Source: Laetmonice hystrix (Eukaryota). From it: a stretch of DNA of 64,000 nt. Shown here in pieces: positions 62,251 through 64,000 of the stretch (position 1 is its first letter; the number at the start of each line of letters is the position of its first letter). Position numbers and translations under genes: made by a program. The stretch lies in NCBI GenBank assembly GCA_965235115.1, contig OZ249436.1, positions 65,348,001-65,412,000 on the forward strand, read 5' to 3'. The notes under the pieces are model-generated. The model was given only the letters and a program-made list of their open reading frames with translations. It had not been told where the DNA came from and searched no databases.

Positions 62251-64000
62251 CATACCACGTGACTACTTGAAGTAGGTCACGAACGTGTGGCTTCTTCATT
62301 TCGTGCGAAAGATTAACTGACGCTGGCTTAATTCATGAATACGGATACATGCTCCCAAGAGACCTTCGAAAATAAGAGGGGGAGTCAATATTGATCCGTA
62401 ATAACTTAATATATTCTCCATCTAACACCTAACCTCATGCTGTGTTATAGATGTGAGGTTATTGTGCCCCCCCCCCCTTGTTGCCCCAAGTATGGCAGCA
62501 GGGTGGGATGGGGGGAATATTGTGCAAGATCAATGCTCCAATGGGAGGAGCCGACAACTATAGTGTGTCGAATCACAGTTTGATTGGTTTCTGGTGCGTG
62601 CCTATGAGAGCACAGCAGCAAGACTACAGAACTAAACGTAATCAGATATAGAGATGGTCCCTATTAACGTTTCCCACACTTCCGGTTGTAAGTTTGGGAT
62701 AAAGTTTGTGACAGTGGGGAAATGCAACGGTCGTTCATAAACCCGTGCGGGCGTGGAGGGCGCACTCCACCCCGCAGCATCCAAGATTAAGTGTACTGTC
62801 AGGACACATTATACGTCTTGCGTACCGCATTCGTGCATGTGTACGCTGAGTGCCCACACCCCTGCCCCGTGTTTGTTTAGGAACACCATGTCCACTGACG
62901 GCTGGGCGTGAGGCGGTGTGATGGTGCCTGTAATATACTGTCACGCAGCCTGCATGAGGTCAATGTCACAATGACACAGACAGTAAAGGCTGAGTTCGTC
63001 CACCTCGTATTTTACAAATGCAGGGATAAGGATTTTCTTAGGGGTTTATTTGTTTAATTTTTAATTTATTGTAATTTGGACGAATAAATTAACGATAGCG
63101 CAGAATCAGCGCCCAAGTAATTTCCCGAGCCTACCGTCGTCACACCGGGGAGGAGGCCTACGTATGCCTACGAAGACAGAGTCGCAGCCTAGACGGTAGA
63201 CCATGTATATATTATGTAAAGAGGTTTTTCCGTAGTGCCGTCGGGCAGGAAGGGGAGAAACAATTGGATAAATTGTCCCACATCGTCGGTTTCTCGATCC
63301 GTACGGTCAGCGCAATTTTGGGATTGTTCTGTATGTGTGATAGGAGCACAATAAACGTACTTGCCCAATGTTGGGCGCTATGTAGACTCCTGTCAACGTT
63401 AGGCAGTGCAAGCGATCACACTTCCAGATCTGAATCATCAAACGAGTGTCAAGTCAGGTCGGCTGAGCGAAGTCATGAAACTAGTGCACAGTCAGGTCGG
63501 CAAGGAAGAGGGGAATCCTGACTTTCTTGCGGAGGTTTGTTCGATGTCGGAGTCCACCGTCTGAGGTAAAGTTTGATTCGGAGGCTAATGTTCCAGTAGG
63601 TCGCCATAGTCTGCCGAGGTTGGTCAAAGTTATAGGCGTTGGTATTGTTTGTCCCTAAATGGCTGGGAGAGCGATTTAGTCAACCCACTGGTTAACTGTG
63701 AGGTCTTGTAGCATGTCATGGGATGCTCGGTTTCAAAGCCGATTAAAACGACCTGTCCCTGTTACAGTGCACAGTTTTCACTAAAGCTTGATTCATTTTG
63801 GAAGGGACCCCTACGGTATAGGTTATTACCGAAGGGCGAATTTCCAACTTCGCGTAACCCTTCAACAGGTGTTGCAGGAAGTAGGGCCTAGTCATGTATT
63901 CGTAGAAATCTCTCTACGAACCGTCCATCGACCCAATAATGACAGTGCATTGTGGGGAGCCATTGGCTAGCGGATATGTATACCGTCACGTGCTCCAAAG

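Noticed and set aside
58048-64000. Search for the third SH3 domain and stop codon
   Set aside because: No ALY/ELEL/DGW-type SH3 exon was found; the gene end probably lies beyond the window.

Overview
This is eukaryotic (animal, probably a lophotrochozoan-type invertebrate) genomic DNA. I see no operons, rRNA, tRNA or CRISPR. The whole window is the interior of one large + strand multi-exon gene, a SORBS/CAP (sorbin-homology + SH3 adaptor; CAP/ponsin/ArgBP2/vinexin family). I could chain 14 GT-AG exons from 1667 to 58047 with fully compatible intron phases and no stop codon: 1488 nt of small exons plus one 6321-nt giant exon. They encode the YxPxYxFP motifs, the YRNQP..EYEPG.SS motif, the YKxIQKGGEIP motif, the RRHxDF-PxQKSP motif, SH3 #1 and SH3 #2. 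The first exons/SoHo core and the third SH3 lie outside the window. Several frame-preserving candidate cassette or micro-exons and a candidate alternative terminal exon are also visible. The introns hold at least 10 distinct minisatellites, short tandem duplications and inverted-repeat (MITE-like) elements. The most unusual observation is a 1.4-kb higher-order tandem array (55486-56878) built from the real branch point, polypyrimidine tract, AG and first 12 nt of the SH3 #1 exon. It puts 18 near-identical decoy splice acceptors in front of the authentic one, and each decoy leads to a premature stop. Exon calls are manual and need RNA-seq confirmation.
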